Shown here one piece after another: positions 45,766-56,509 of a stretch of 64,000 nucleotides of DNA. Origin of the DNA: Brevundimonas sp. (lineage in GTDB: Bacteria; Pseudomonadota; Alphaproteobacteria; Caulobacterales; Caulobacteraceae); assembly GCF_965227765.1 (NCBI RefSeq), contig NZ_OZ245778.1, positions 2,200,318 to 2,264,317 on the forward strand, in the 5' to 3' direction. The position numbers and the translations under genes are program-made. The notes beneath the pieces were generated by a model. That model had not been told where the DNA came from. It made no database searches and saw only the letters and a program-made list of their open reading frames with translations. Each line of letters starts with the position of its first letter. Within the stretch, counting starts at the first letter, position 1.

Positions 45766-46401
45766 TCAGCCCACGCGAACGGGGAAGGTTCGGCCGATCA
45801 CCTTGGTCGGATTGACCTGGGCGCCGTTGCGACGGACCTCGAAATGCAGGTGGGGGCCGGTCGAATAGCCGGTGGAGCCGACCAGGCCGATGCGCTGGCC
45901 CGCCACGATCGCATCGCCGCTGCCCACGTCGATACGGCTGAGGTGGCCATACAGGGTGGTCAGGCCGTTGGGGTGGCGCATCTCGATGAAGTTGCCATAG
46001 CCACCGGCGTCATGGCCGATACGGATGACACGCGCCTCTGACGGAGCGACGACCGTCGTGCCCTTTGCGGCGGCGATGTCGACGCCCTTGTGCATCCGCG
46101 CGCCCCGCTCGCCGCCCAGGCGTCGCATCCCGAATTTGGAGTTGATCGCATGGCCGGGCACAGGCTCGCCAAAGGCGATCAGCCGGGTCGCAGGACCGGC
46201 GGGCTTGGCCACGGCGGCGATGGGCACAGCGGTCGGAACCGAGCCGACAAGGGGCGCTTCCTCGCTCGGCTGGGCGGGGGCCGCCGCCATCGCCAGGACG
46301 GCGACCGCGACCAGACCTGCGGTCTGGCTGGTGTGGGTGACGAACGACCGGACGGTCGGATACAGGCGCGAGAACGGGCGCGTGAAAATTTGGCGTCGCA
46401 A
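45766..46401 (-). CDS. M23-family (LytM-type) metallopeptidase
   Basis: HKGVDIAA...GYGNFIEMRH.NG..T.YGHL...GSTGYSTGPHLHFEV. Confidence 0.85.
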   Translation of the reverse strand: MRRQIFTRPFSRLYPTVRSFVTHTSQTAGLVAVAVLAMAAAPAQPSEEAPLVGSVPTAVPIAAVAKPAGPATRLIAFGEPVPGHAINSKFGMRRLGGERGARMHKGVDIAAAKGTTVVAPSEARVIRIGHDAGGYGNFIEMRHPNGLTTLYGHLSRIDVGSGDAIVAGQRIGLVGSTGYSTGPHLHFEVRRNGAQVNPTKVIGRTFPVRVG

Positions 46402-46649
46402 GGATCTGCGCTCCAGGATCGGCTCATCGAGCAGGGACAGCCCATGCGTCGCGGCTCCGGTCGGAGCGCGGCGGCGAACGCCACATCAGCGGCGCGGGCT
46501 CGAAGGAGCGTCCCTATCGCGCTCACCTGGGGCGACTTTGGGGCGGTTAGGGCGACAGACCGTCGCACCCGGAACCAAAGTCATATGTCCGAAAGCAAAA
46601 AGACGCGCCGGCCTCTCGACCGACGCGCCCCATTTGCTGAACAGACGCC

Positions 46650-48461
46650 TTAGAGCGGCAGGGCGAACCGGATGGCGCCCATGTGGCTGTCGGCATGATC
46701 GCCGAAGCGACCGCGATAGCCGACGCTGACCTTGACCGGCCCCAGGTCGCCTTCGAGGCCCAGCGAGGCCAGGAACTGGCCACCAAACGGGTCTTCCACC
46801 TCGCGATACAGAACGCGGGCGCTGTTGCCGTAGATGCCGACGCCGACCGCATCGCTGCTGTCGTCGAGGTTGTCGCGGTAGCCGCCTTCGGCGAACACGC
46901 CCCAGCCGCCCATGTCGCCCTCGATTCGCAACGCGACCTCGCCGGTCAGGGCCTCGACCGTGCGGTCCTGGTACTGGTACTGGGCCGCCGTTCCCTGCTC
47001 GTAATAGCCGTCAACGTCGCTGGAGGCCGAGGTCAGGCCCACGCGCGGCGAGATGGCGAACCCGCCCGCCTCGAACCAGTAGCCCGCCTGAAGCCGGAAA
47101 CCGCTGCTGGTCCCCTTGGTCTCGGCGGTGTGCACCAGCGGGGCCAGGGAGGTCAGGCGCTCGATGTCGTCGAAGTTGTTATTGGCCAGGCCGGCCGCCG
47201 CCGTGACGAACATGCCGCCCGAGCGCCAACCGCCGTAGATGTCGATCGACATGGTGTTGACGTCGAAGTTCAGCAGGCCGGACTTGACCTCGTCCTGGCG
47301 GAACGAGCCCAGGGCGCCGAAGCGCCAGTTCTCGGACGGGCCGGACTCCAGCGCGATCTGGACCCCATAGGATTCGGACGAGGCATCGCCGACCGCGCCG
47401 CGAGCGTCCGTGTCCGTCTTGTCGATCGTCGCACTGACCGCCAGGGTCGTGCCGGCGGCCCAGGGCGCGCGGCCTGACAGGCTCTCGGTCGCCATGTCCA
47501 GGCTGTCCTCGCGGTGACGATAGGCGGTCTCGCCCTGCAGGGCCGACGCCGCGCCGATGTCGGCGTAATAGAGGTAGTCGTTGGCCAGCCGGGCGATCAG
47601 ACGATGTCCCAGGGCGGTCGGGTGTACGCCGTCGGTGTAGAAATAGTTGCCGCTGTTGCAGGCGGCAGGGGCCGTGGCGAAGCAGGAATCGGTGACATTG
47701 CCGATGCCGAAAGCGTCCGGATCCCCGGCCAGGGTGTCGCCGATCTTGAACAGGTCCATCGTAATGATGTTGGCGCCCGCATTATTGGCGGAGACCTGGG
47801 CCAGGCCGGCGGCCAGGGCGGTGTTGAAGGTGGTCACGCCCCGGTCGGCCAGGGCCGCGCCCGGCGTACCGCTGAAGGCCGGCGTCAGGCTGAGCTTGGG
47901 CAAGTTGGTGACCAGCACCGTACCTGCGCCCGCGCCTGCTATGGTGTTGACGATTCCAACGATGTCGGTTGCAGCCGAACGTCCCAGGCCGTCGATGGCA
48001 GCGACAGGGTTGGGCGACGCGCCAGCGGCGGCGATGCCCTGGAAGATGTTGTTGGCGCCGCCCAGGACGCTGACCAGGTCACTCGAATCGAACTGACCGC
48101 CCGCGCCCAGGTAGGCGCCTAGCTGGGTCTGCATGCCGGGACCGGGGCTGGCGATGGCGTCGGTGCGCGATCCGCCAAAGGCGTAGTTGACGCTGCCGGT
48201 GACCGGCGCACCCTCGGTGAAGCGGCCAGCGTTGAAGCCCAGAAGCTCGGTGAAGACCGGCCCGGTCGAGAACCGTCCGTCCACGAAGGGCGCGGCCGGC
48301 GCCACGCCGCCCGTGGCGTTGAACAGGTTGCCGTTGTCGCTCAGGCTGTCGCCGAACACGACCAGCCGGTCGTATTCCTGGGCGCTGGCGGCGGTGGACA
48401 CGGCGCAGGCCGCGGCGAATGACAGGGCGACAAGCCCTGCGGAGCGAAGATATTTAGACAC
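46650..48461 (-). CDS. autotransporter with SGNH/GDSL esterase passenger (EstA-like)
   Basis: 603 aa. Signal peptide, VVFGDSLSDNGN block I, DGVHPT block V, and a C-terminal beta-barrel ending ...IRFALPL. Confidence 0.9.
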   Translation of the reverse strand: MSKYLRSAGLVALSFAAACAVSTAASAQEYDRLVVFGDSLSDNGNLFNATGGVAPAAPFVDGRFSTGPVFTELLGFNAGRFTEGAPVTGSVNYAFGGSRTDAIASPGPGMQTQLGAYLGAGGQFDSSDLVSVLGGANNIFQGIAAAGASPNPVAAIDGLGRSAATDIVGIVNTIAGAGAGTVLVTNLPKLSLTPAFSGTPGAALADRGVTTFNTALAAGLAQVSANNAGANIITMDLFKIGDTLAGDPDAFGIGNVTDSCFATAPAACNSGNYFYTDGVHPTALGHRLIARLANDYLYYADIGAASALQGETAYRHREDSLDMATESLSGRAPWAAGTTLAVSATIDKTDTDARGAVGDASSESYGVQIALESGPSENWRFGALGSFRQDEVKSGLLNFDVNTMSIDIYGGWRSGGMFVTAAAGLANNNFDDIERLTSLAPLVHTAETKGTSSGFRLQAGYWFEAGGFAISPRVGLTSASSDVDGYYEQGTAAQYQYQDRTVEALTGEVALRIEGDMGGWGVFAEGGYRDNLDDSSDAVGVGIYGNSARVLYREVEDPFGGQFLASLGLEGDLGPVKVSVGYRGRFGDHADSHMGAIRFALPL

Positions 48462-48550
48462 GAGAATCCTCCCTCGACCGTCAGAACGCGGTCGTTATCG
48501 GGAGCATGCGCCCGTTTGTAGCAGACGCAAGATGCCGCGACGTAAGGTTG

Positions 48551-50443
48551 TCAGTGCAGCAGTCGGAAGCGAAGCGTTCCTGCCACAGTCTTCAGCGCCT
48601 TCAGAGCCTCGGGATCATAGTCGCGGTCCACGTCCATGATGACATAGCCGGTCCGTTCGTCGGTCTTCAGGTGCTGGCCCAGGATGTTGAGGCCCGCCGC
48701 CGTCAGCTCGCGGTTCAGCTCGGCCATGACGCCCGGCTGGTTCCTGTGGATGTGCAGGATGCGGTGCCCGCCCGTGACTTCGGCCAGTTGGACGTTGGGC
48801 AGGTTGACGCAGAAGGTGGTGTCGCCCCGGTTCAGATAGCCCAGCAGGCGCTCGGCCGCGAACTCGGCGATGGCTTCCTGGGCCTCCTCGGTCGAGCCGC
48901 CGATGTGCGGCGTCAGGATCATGTTCTTCAGGCCCATCAGCGGGCTGTCGAAGGGGTCGGCGTTGGTGCGCGGCTCCTCGGGGAAGACGTCGACCGCCGC
49001 CCCGCCGATACGGCCCGATCCCATGGCCTGGGCCAGGTCGCCGACGTTGACGATATGGCCGCGCGACAGGTTCAACAGCAGGGCGCCGGGCTTCATCTTG
49101 GCGAACTGGGCCGCGCCGAAAATGTTGGCGTTCTCGCGCCGGCCGTCGACATGCAGGCTGACCACGTCGGCCTCGGCCAGCAGGGCGTCCAGCGAGCGGA
49201 TGCGCCGCGCATTGCCCAGGGCCAGCCGCTCGGTGATGTCATAGAAGATGACCCGCATCCCCAGGGCCTCGGCCAGCACCGATAGCTGCGAGCCGATGGC
49301 GCCATAGCCGACGATGCCCAGGGTCTTGCCGCGAAGCTCGCGCGATCCCTCGGCCGACTTGTTCCACTTGCCGACGTGCATGGCGGCCGACTTGTCGACC
49401 ACGTCGCGCATCAGGGTGATGGTCAGGCCGATGGCCAGTTCGACGACGGAACGGGTGTTGGAATAGGGCGCGTTGAACACCGCGACCCCCTTCGCAGCGG
49501 CGGCGTCCAGGTCGATCTGGTTGGTGCCGATGCAGAAGGCGGCGATGGCCATCAGCCGGTCGGCATGGGCCAGGACCCGCTCGGTGACATTGGTCTTGGA
49601 CCGGATGCCCAGGACATGGACACCCTTCAGCGCCGCGATCAGGTCGTCCTCGTCCAGCGCGCCCTTTGCGGTCTGGACGGAATAACCCGCCTCCTCCAGC
49701 TCGCGCACGGCGGCGGGGTGAATGTTTTCCAGCAGCAGCATCTTGATCTTGCTGCGCGGGAAGGACCAGCGACCGGCCATGCCCTCGGCGTGCAGCAGTT
49801 CGTCCATAGAACGCACCTCGGCGTCGGCGACGGCGACCACCTTCTCGCGGCGGGCGACCTCGGTGAAGGCGTAGAACCGGTCTGCGGCGCCGGCCAGCTT
49901 GACCTCGGCGTCGTTCCAGCCGTCCCCGACCATGACGATTGGGCCGGTGAGGTTCAGCGCCTTGATCACCTTGGGCTTGCCGTCCGCGTGCGACAGCGGA
50001 TTGGCGTCGTCCACGCCGGTCACCCGACCCTCGGCGTCATAGACGAAATCATTGGCCAGAACCCGATCGGGGCTGACGCCCAGGCGTTCGGCGACAGGAG
50101 CAATGATCTCGCGGAAGCCGCCGGAGATGATGACGATATTGGCCGCGTTCTCCTGGAAGAAGCGCAGGTTGCGGCGCACCGACGATGTGCCCTCGTCCAG
50201 GATCCGGTCGGCCAGAGCGTCCACATGGGCGCGGGTCAGGGGCAGCATGGCCAGACGCGCCCTGAGCGACTGTCCGAAGTCGAGCTCGCCACCCATGGTC
50301 AGATTGGTCAGGCGCGCGATTTCGGCCCGGACCCGATCCGCGTCTGGATGCCCGTCCAGAACGATGTCGGCGAGCGCATCAAGGGTTTCGATGCGCACGA
50401 GGGTCGAATCGAAGTCGAAGACGAACGTAGGAGCAGCGGTCAT
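48551..50443 (-). CDS. serA: fusion protein: HAD-type phosphoserine-phosphatase-like domain + D-3-phosphoglycerate dehydrogenase + ACT domain
   Basis: 630 aa. N-terminal FDFDSTL...GDGWND (HAD motifs I/IV). The central domain has GIVGYGAIGSQ (NAD) and the catalytic R/E/H pattern (LSRG, PHIGGST). C-terminal ACT-like domain. Confidence 0.85.
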   Translation of the reverse strand: MTAAPTFVFDFDSTLVRIETLDALADIVLDGHPDADRVRAEIARLTNLTMGGELDFGQSLRARLAMLPLTRAHVDALADRILDEGTSSVRRNLRFFQENAANIVIISGGFREIIAPVAERLGVSPDRVLANDFVYDAEGRVTGVDDANPLSHADGKPKVIKALNLTGPIVMVGDGWNDAEVKLAGAADRFYAFTEVARREKVVAVADAEVRSMDELLHAEGMAGRWSFPRSKIKMLLLENIHPAAVRELEEAGYSVQTAKGALDEDDLIAALKGVHVLGIRSKTNVTERVLAHADRLMAIAAFCIGTNQIDLDAAAAKGVAVFNAPYSNTRSVVELAIGLTITLMRDVVDKSAAMHVGKWNKSAEGSRELRGKTLGIVGYGAIGSQLSVLAEALGMRVIFYDITERLALGNARRIRSLDALLAEADVVSLHVDGRRENANIFGAAQFAKMKPGALLLNLSRGHIVNVGDLAQAMGSGRIGGAAVDVFPEEPRTNADPFDSPLMGLKNMILTPHIGGSTEEAQEAIAEFAAERLLGYLNRGDTTFCVNLPNVQLAEVTGGHRILHIHRNQPGVMAELNRELTAAGLNILGQHLKTDERTGYVIMDVDRDYDPEALKALKTVAGTLRFRLLH

Positions 50444-50503
50444 GGCCGCGCTCTCTACGCCCTCACTCGCATATGCAGCAACGATGATTGCTAAGCTGAA
50501 CGC

Positions 50504-51949
50504 CTAGAATTTCGCGATGCGACGCACGCGGCTGTCCGGCCGGCGGCTTTCCAGGGCCGCCGCGCCGATGGCGGCGGCGATGGTGGCGACCGCCAGCAGG
50601 GCTCCGCCTTCGCGGGCGTGGTCCTTGGCGTAGCGACCGCCGACGTCGGCGTAATGGCGAGCCTTGTCGCTGGCGTCGTCATAATAGCCGCGCGCCGCCT
50701 TGGCGTATTTGCGGCGCTTGGACGGGGCGACAGCCTTCTGGCCGCGCTCGAACAGTTTTCTGGCCTGATCGCGGGTGTCGCCGCCGAACTCCTCGGCGCG
50801 GTGACCCAGGTCCTCGACGCCGTCGGCCAGACCGCGCGAAATGTCCTCGAAACGATGGCGCAGGGCCTCGGCGTCGATCCAGCCGCGCGGGTCCAGCCGA
50901 TCCCGGATCCGCTCATAGCGCATCGGGCCGGAACGCTGGGTCAGCAACAGGGTGGCGATGGCGGCCGTCGCCACCAGGGCGACCGTGCCGGCTGTGATGC
51001 CAGGATGCTTGCGGGCCTCGGCCAGAACGCTGAACTGTCGAACCATGGGATAATAAACCTCTTCGTCGAGACCGTCGTCGCCGGCTTCATAGAGACCGTC
51101 GGCATAAGGATCGTAGGCGGAACCCCTGTCCCGCATCAGGCTAGGAGCGAACCGGGCCAGAAGAGGTTCCGCCAAGCCTGGCAATGCCGAGTAGAATGCG
51201 GCGATCAGTCGCCCGCCCCCACCGACGGTGATTTCGCGGATCGGATGGGCCGCGCACCACAGGATGGCGTCGGCGACGACGTGGGTCGCATAGACCGGCT
51301 GTGGGTTCTTGGCCGCATAGCCCGTCAGGTTGCGGGCGTGCCTGTTGTAGGGGCTGTCCACAGCAGCAGGCTTTACCAGGGTGAGGGCGATGGGCGAGCG
51401 ATCCCGTATCAGCTCCATCCGCAGGGCATTGGTGAACCCCTTCACCGCATGCTTGGACGCCGAATAGACACCTTGGATCGGCACCGGCGCATCCGCCAGG
51501 GTCGAGCCGATGTTGATGATGGCCCCGCCGCCGGGCCGTCCGCGCAGATGCTCGGCGGCGATGGTCGAGCCGTTGACCACACCCCAGTAGTTGGTCTCGA
51601 ACAGGCGGCGCTGGTCTTCCAGCGTCGTCTCGCGGATCGAGCCGTAGATCGATACGCCCGCATTATTGACCCAGGTGTCGAAGCCGCCGAACAGCCGCCG
51701 GCACTTGTCCGCCGCTTCCGACAGGGCGTCGAAGTCCGACACGTCGGCGACGGCGAAGGCGACACGCCCGCCCTGCCCCTGCAACTCTTCGCACAGCGCC
51801 TTCAGATCGTTCTGCCCTCGCGCGATCAGGAAGACGCAGGCCCCGGCCTTCACGGCCCGCCGCGCGGTGGCCAGGCCGATGCCGGAGGTCGCCCCCGTGA
51901 TGACGATTGACTGCTGATGCAGGGGCTTCAGGATCGGTTTTGTCGGCAT
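50504..51949 (-). CDS. SDR-family oxidoreductase with ~200-aa C-terminal extension containing TM segments
   Basis: ITGATSGIG, NNAG and YSASKHAV in the first ~260 aa. The extension carries hydrophobic segments VALVATAAIATLLL and ALLAVATIAAAIGAAAL. Confidence 0.8.
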   Translation of the reverse strand: MPTKPILKPLHQQSIVITGATSGIGLATARRAVKAGACVFLIARGQNDLKALCEELQGQGGRVAFAVADVSDFDALSEAADKCRRLFGGFDTWVNNAGVSIYGSIRETTLEDQRRLFETNYWGVVNGSTIAAEHLRGRPGGGAIINIGSTLADAPVPIQGVYSASKHAVKGFTNALRMELIRDRSPIALTLVKPAAVDSPYNRHARNLTGYAAKNPQPVYATHVVADAILWCAAHPIREITVGGGGRLIAAFYSALPGLAEPLLARFAPSLMRDRGSAYDPYADGLYEAGDDGLDEEVYYPMVRQFSVLAEARKHPGITAGTVALVATAAIATLLLTQRSGPMRYERIRDRLDPRGWIDAEALRHRFEDISRGLADGVEDLGHRAEEFGGDTRDQARKLFERGQKAVAPSKRRKYAKAARGYYDDASDKARHYADVGGRYAKDHAREGGALLAVATIAAAIGAAALESRRPDSRVRRIAKF

Positions 51950-52074
51950 GTCTCGTCCCTGGGTGTCGCGGTTCCGACGGCGGGCTTTTGTCGCCCTTAT
52001 CCATGCCCCTTACCATAGACGCTCGCGGCGCCTATCTTGACGCGCTCCCAGACAGCCGATGCCGGAACCCCAAC

Positions 52075-53028
52075 GTGTCTTATCACGCGCCGACAGACCC
52101 CACGCCTACTCAGTCGTCCGCCGAGCCCGGCCAGGACAATATGGCCGCCGCCTTCCAGATCGAGGGCTGGCCCGTGCGCGGCCGCCTGGTGCGTCTGGGC
52201 GAAGCGGTCGACACCATCATCTCGGCTCACAACTATCCCGAACCGGTCGCCGCCCTGCTGGGCGAGGCCTGTGCGCTGGCGGCCCTGGTGGGCTCCAGCC
52301 TGAAGTTCGACGGGCGGCTGATCGTTCAGGCCCAGGGCGACGGCCCCGTCCGCTATGTCGTCGCCGACTACGACACCTCGGGCACGCTGCGCGGCTATTG
52401 CCGTTTCGACGAGGACGAAGTCGCTGCCGCCTCCACCGGCTTTGCGCGGCCCGGCGCCCAGACCCTGCTGGGCAAGGGCGTCTTCATCATGACCCTGGAC
52501 CAGGGGCCTGATTTCGACCGCCACCAGGGCATCACCCCCATCGAGGGCGAAAGCCTGTCGCTGTGCGCCGAACACTATTTCGCCCAGTCCGAGCAGGTGC
52601 CGACCAAGGTGCGTCTGGCCGTGGGCCAGATCACCACCGAAGCCGGGACTCACTGGCGCGCGGGCGGAGCCATGATCCAGATGGTGGCCGGCGACGCCTC
52701 TCGCGGTTCGACCGAGGATGTCTGGGACCGCAGCCGAGCCCTGTTCATGACCCTGGCCGACGACGAACTGATCGACCCGACCATAACGCCGGAAATCCTG
52801 CTCTATCGCCTGTTCCACGAGGACGGCGTGCGTCTCGAACAGCCTCTGAACCTGTCGGCGGTCTGTCGCTGTTCAGCCGAGCGTATCGTCGGCGTTCTGA
52901 GTTCGTTTTCGCAGGCGGAACGCGACGACATGGTCGAGGACGACGGCAATATCCGCGTGACCTGCGAATACTGCTCGACGGTCTATGAGCTGTCGCCCGA
53001 GGAGGCGGCCCGTCCCGCCGCAGACTAG
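52075..53028 (+). CDS. hslO: Hsp33-family redox-regulated chaperone
   Basis: FQIEGWPVRGRLVRLG..., and the C-terminal zinc centre CRCS...CEYC. Start uncertain (GTG 52075, ATG 52003 or ATG 52141). Confidence 0.85.
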   Translation: MSYHAPTDPTPTQSSAEPGQDNMAAAFQIEGWPVRGRLVRLGEAVDTIISAHNYPEPVAALLGEACALAALVGSSLKFDGRLIVQAQGDGPVRYVVADYDTSGTLRGYCRFDEDEVAAASTGFARPGAQTLLGKGVFIMTLDQGPDFDRHQGITPIEGESLSLCAEHYFAQSEQVPTKVRLAVGQITTEAGTHWRAGGAMIQMVAGDASRGSTEDVWDRSRALFMTLADDELIDPTITPEILLYRLFHEDGVRLEQPLNLSAVCRCSAERIVGVLSSFSQAERDDMVEDDGNIRVTCEYCSTVYELSPEEAARPAAD

Positions 53029-53072
53029 ATTCGGGCCTCAGCCTTGCAGCGATTTCACTTGAGCTGTGGAGC

Positions 53073-54103
53073 TTGTGGGAGACAGTGGCGTTGTCTGGAG
53101 CGCTCATGCTGACCGTCCTCGCCCTCGCCGCCGCCCTTATGCTCTCGCCCGCCACAAAACCGGCTGGACCCGAGCTCGCATCGGCCTTGTCGGCGCAATG
53201 CCGTTTCACCGGCGAACCCCGTCAGTGGACCGCCCAGGCGCTCGACGCCTGGGCGCGTCTGGATCGTGAGCGGCTGCGGATCGACAATCCGATTACCCCG
53301 ACCATCGCCCTGTTCGACCAGGCCTGCGTCTATCGCCTGACGCCGGACCGGCGCGGCGATTTCAATGCCGGAGGCCGTCGTTTTCGGACATCGGCCGAAT
53401 CCCACACAGGTCAGGTAGCCATCCCCGACGGCTCGACCGTCCCGGCCCAGCGGCTGGCCTTCGCCGCCCCCACGTCCGAGGGCATGTTCTTCATCATGGC
53501 CCTGCCCGCCCTCTGGCGCGCCGACGGGGCCGAGCGTCGTGATCCCCGCCTGCTGGCCATAGTCGTCTTCATGCACGAGTTCACCCACACCCAGCAGGCC
53601 GACGGCCTGGGTGCGCGGGTCGATCGCCTGCTGTCTTTGGGTCTGCCCGAGGACGCCAACGACGACATCGTTCAGGACCGTTTTGCCGGGCGTCCAGGCT
53701 ATCAGGCCATGTGGGAGGCTGAGCGTGATACACTCTATCGGGCGGTCTCGGCGCCGGACGCCGGTTCGGCGCGCAGTCATCTGAACGACGGGCTGCAGCA
53801 GATGCGAGAGCGTCAGGCGCGCTGGTTCACAGGGCCGGATGCCCTTTATGCCGAAGCCGACGACGTTTTCCTTACGATGGAAGGCACGGGCAACTGGTCG
53901 GCCTGGGCCTGGCTGACGGACCCGCGCGGCGGGCGGATGTCATCGGCCGACGCCATCGCCTTCGTGCGCGGCGGCTCAGGCCACTGGAGCCAGGACGAAG
54001 GCCTGGCCATCATGCTGGCCGTGGATCGCCTCTTACCGCAATGGCCAGCGCTGGCCTTCGGACCTCGCGCCGCCACGGCCGAGGAGATGGCCAATCGGGC
54101 GGT

Positions 54104-54128
<25 letters not shown>
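53073..54128 (+). CDS. secreted hypothetical protein with HExxH motif (putative zinc metallopeptidase)
   Basis: 351 aa. Signal/TM segment LMLTVLALAAALML. FMHEFTHTQQ is the only recognisable motif. Confidence 0.55.
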
Positions 54129-54793
<665 letters not shown>

Positions 54794-54809
54794 GACGCGT
54801 CCTTTTTCG

Positions 54810-55529
54810 TCAGTCTTCGGCGTTGGGCTTGACGTCGGAGCCGCTGGTGAAGGCGCCGCGCGGGCGTTCGCCGATCATCTCGTCGCCGGTGATCTCGTAG
54901 TGAATGGTCTCGGCGATATTGGTGGCGTGGTCGCCGATCCGCTCCAGGTTCTTGGCCATGAACAACAGATGGGTGCAGGCGCTGATCGTACGTGGATCGC
55001 CCATCATGTAGGTCAGGAGTTCGCGGAACAGGGCGTTGTAGTGCTCGTCCACCTCGTCGTCCGAGGCCCAGACGGCCAGGGCGCCGTCCAGCTCGCGCGC
55101 CGTATAGGCGTCCAGCACATTGCGCAGCCGTTGCGACACCAGCCGGCCCATGCGGACGATCGACCGGGTCAGGGGCTGCATCGGCTCGGTGCCGGCGATG
55201 ACCAGGGCGCGTTTGGCGATGTTCTTGGCCAGGTCGCCGGTGCGTTCCAGGTCGGACGCCAGTTTCATCGCCGCCAGGGTCTTGCGCAGGTCGGTGGCGA
55301 CCGGCTGGCGCAGGGCGATCAGCCGGATGGCTTTCTTCTCGATGTCGCGATGCATGGTGTCGAGACGCAGGTCGCGCTCGACCACGGCCCGGGCCATGCT
55401 GATGTCGCGGCGCGAAACGGATTCGACGGCGTCGGCGACCTGGGCCTCGGCCAGTCCGCCCATGCGGGCGACCTCGGCTGTCAGCTGATCCAGCTCGTCG
55501 CCATAGGCCTTGACGGTATGGGTGCTCAT
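54810..55529 (-). CDS. phoU: phosphate signalling complex protein PhoU
   Basis: 239 aa. Two PhoU repeats (E..ID, DLERIGDHA). Confidence 0.95.
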   Translation of the reverse strand: MSTHTVKAYGDELDQLTAEVARMGGLAEAQVADAVESVSRRDISMARAVVERDLRLDTMHRDIEKKAIRLIALRQPVATDLRKTLAAMKLASDLERTGDLAKNIAKRALVIAGTEPMQPLTRSIVRMGRLVSQRLRNVLDAYTARELDGALAVWASDDEVDEHYNALFRELLTYMMGDPRTISACTHLLFMAKNLERIGDHATNIAETIHYEITGDEMIGERPRGAFTSGSDVKPNAED

Positions 55530-55539
55530 TGCGCGATCC

Positions 55540-56505
55540 TTAGCCGAAGCGGCCGGTGATATAGTCGAGGGTGCGCTGCTCGCGCGGGTTCTGGAAGATG
55601 GTCTCGGTGTCGCCCGTCTCGATCAGTCGGCCCATGTGGAAGAAGGCCGTCCGCTGGGACACCCGCGCCGCCTGGGCCATCGAGTGGGTGACGATGACGA
55701 TGCAATACCGCTCGCGCAGTTCGTCGATCAGTTCCTCGATCTTGGCCGTCGCGATGGGGTCCAGCGCCGAACAGGGCTCGTCCATCAGGATGACTTCGGG
55801 GTTCACGGCGATAGCGCGGGCGATGACCAGACGCTGTTGCTGACCGCCCGACAGGCCGGTGCCGGCCGAGTGCAGCCGGTCGGCGACCTCGTCCCACAGG
55901 CCGGCGCGACGCAGGGAGGCCTCGACGATGTCCTCAAGCTCGCGCTTGCTGGTCGTCAGGCCGTGGATGCGTGGGCCATAGGCGACGTTCTCGAAAATGG
56001 TCTTGGGAAACGGATTGGGCTTCTGGAATACCATGCCGACCTGGGCGCGCAGCAGCACGGGATCGACCGAGCGGGCGTTCACATCCTGGCCGTCCATCTC
56101 GATCCGCCCGGTGACGCGCGCGCCCTGGATGGTGTCGTTCATGCGGTTGATGCAGCGCAGGAAGGTCGACTTGCCGCAACCCGAGGGGCCGATGAAGGCC
56201 GTCACCGTCTTGTCGGGAATGTCGATGCTGACGTCGTGCAGCGCCTGTTTGTCGCCATAGAAGACCGAGACGTCGCGCACGGCGATCTTGGTCGGGCCCA
56301 CGGGCGCCTGGGTCGAGGTCACCTGCGGGATACGGGTCTGGGCTCCGGCCTCGACCTGAGGCTCGGGCGTAGAGACGTCATCCGTCGGGGCGTCGGTCGT
56401 CGCGGCGGCAGGCAGGGCCTGGCCGCCCATGCGGGGGACTTCGGTCGGGTCGGCGACACCGCCGCCGTTGCGGTCGTCGTTGGCTCGGAAGAAAGGGAAT
56501 TTCAT
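55540..56505 (-). CDS. pstB: phosphate ABC transporter ATP-binding protein (with ~65-aa low-complexity N-terminal extension)
   Basis: [32 protein letters not shown]. The start is placed 4 nt after the pstA stop. Confidence 0.9.
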   Translation of the reverse strand: MKFPFFRANDDRNGGGVADPTEVPRMGGQALPAAATTDAPTDDVSTPEPQVEAGAQTRIPQVTSTQAPVGPTKIAVRDVSVFYGDKQALHDVSIDIPDKTVTAFIGPSGCGKSTFLRCINRMNDTIQGARVTGRIEMDGQDVNARSVDPVLLRAQVGMVFQKPNPFPKTIFENVAYGPRIHGLTTSKRELEDIVEASLRRAGLWDEVADRLHSAGTGLSGGQQQRLVIARAIAVNPEVILMDEPCSALDPIATAKIEELIDELRERYCIVIVTHSMAQAARVSQRTAFFHMGRLIETGDTETIFQNPREQRTLDYITGRFG

Positions 56506-56509
56506 TAGG

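Noticed and set aside
46590-46632. Terminator hairpin after the autotransporter gene
   Set aside because: The apparent arms (GACGCGCC ... GACGCGCC) are direct repeats, not inverted repeats, so no stem can form.
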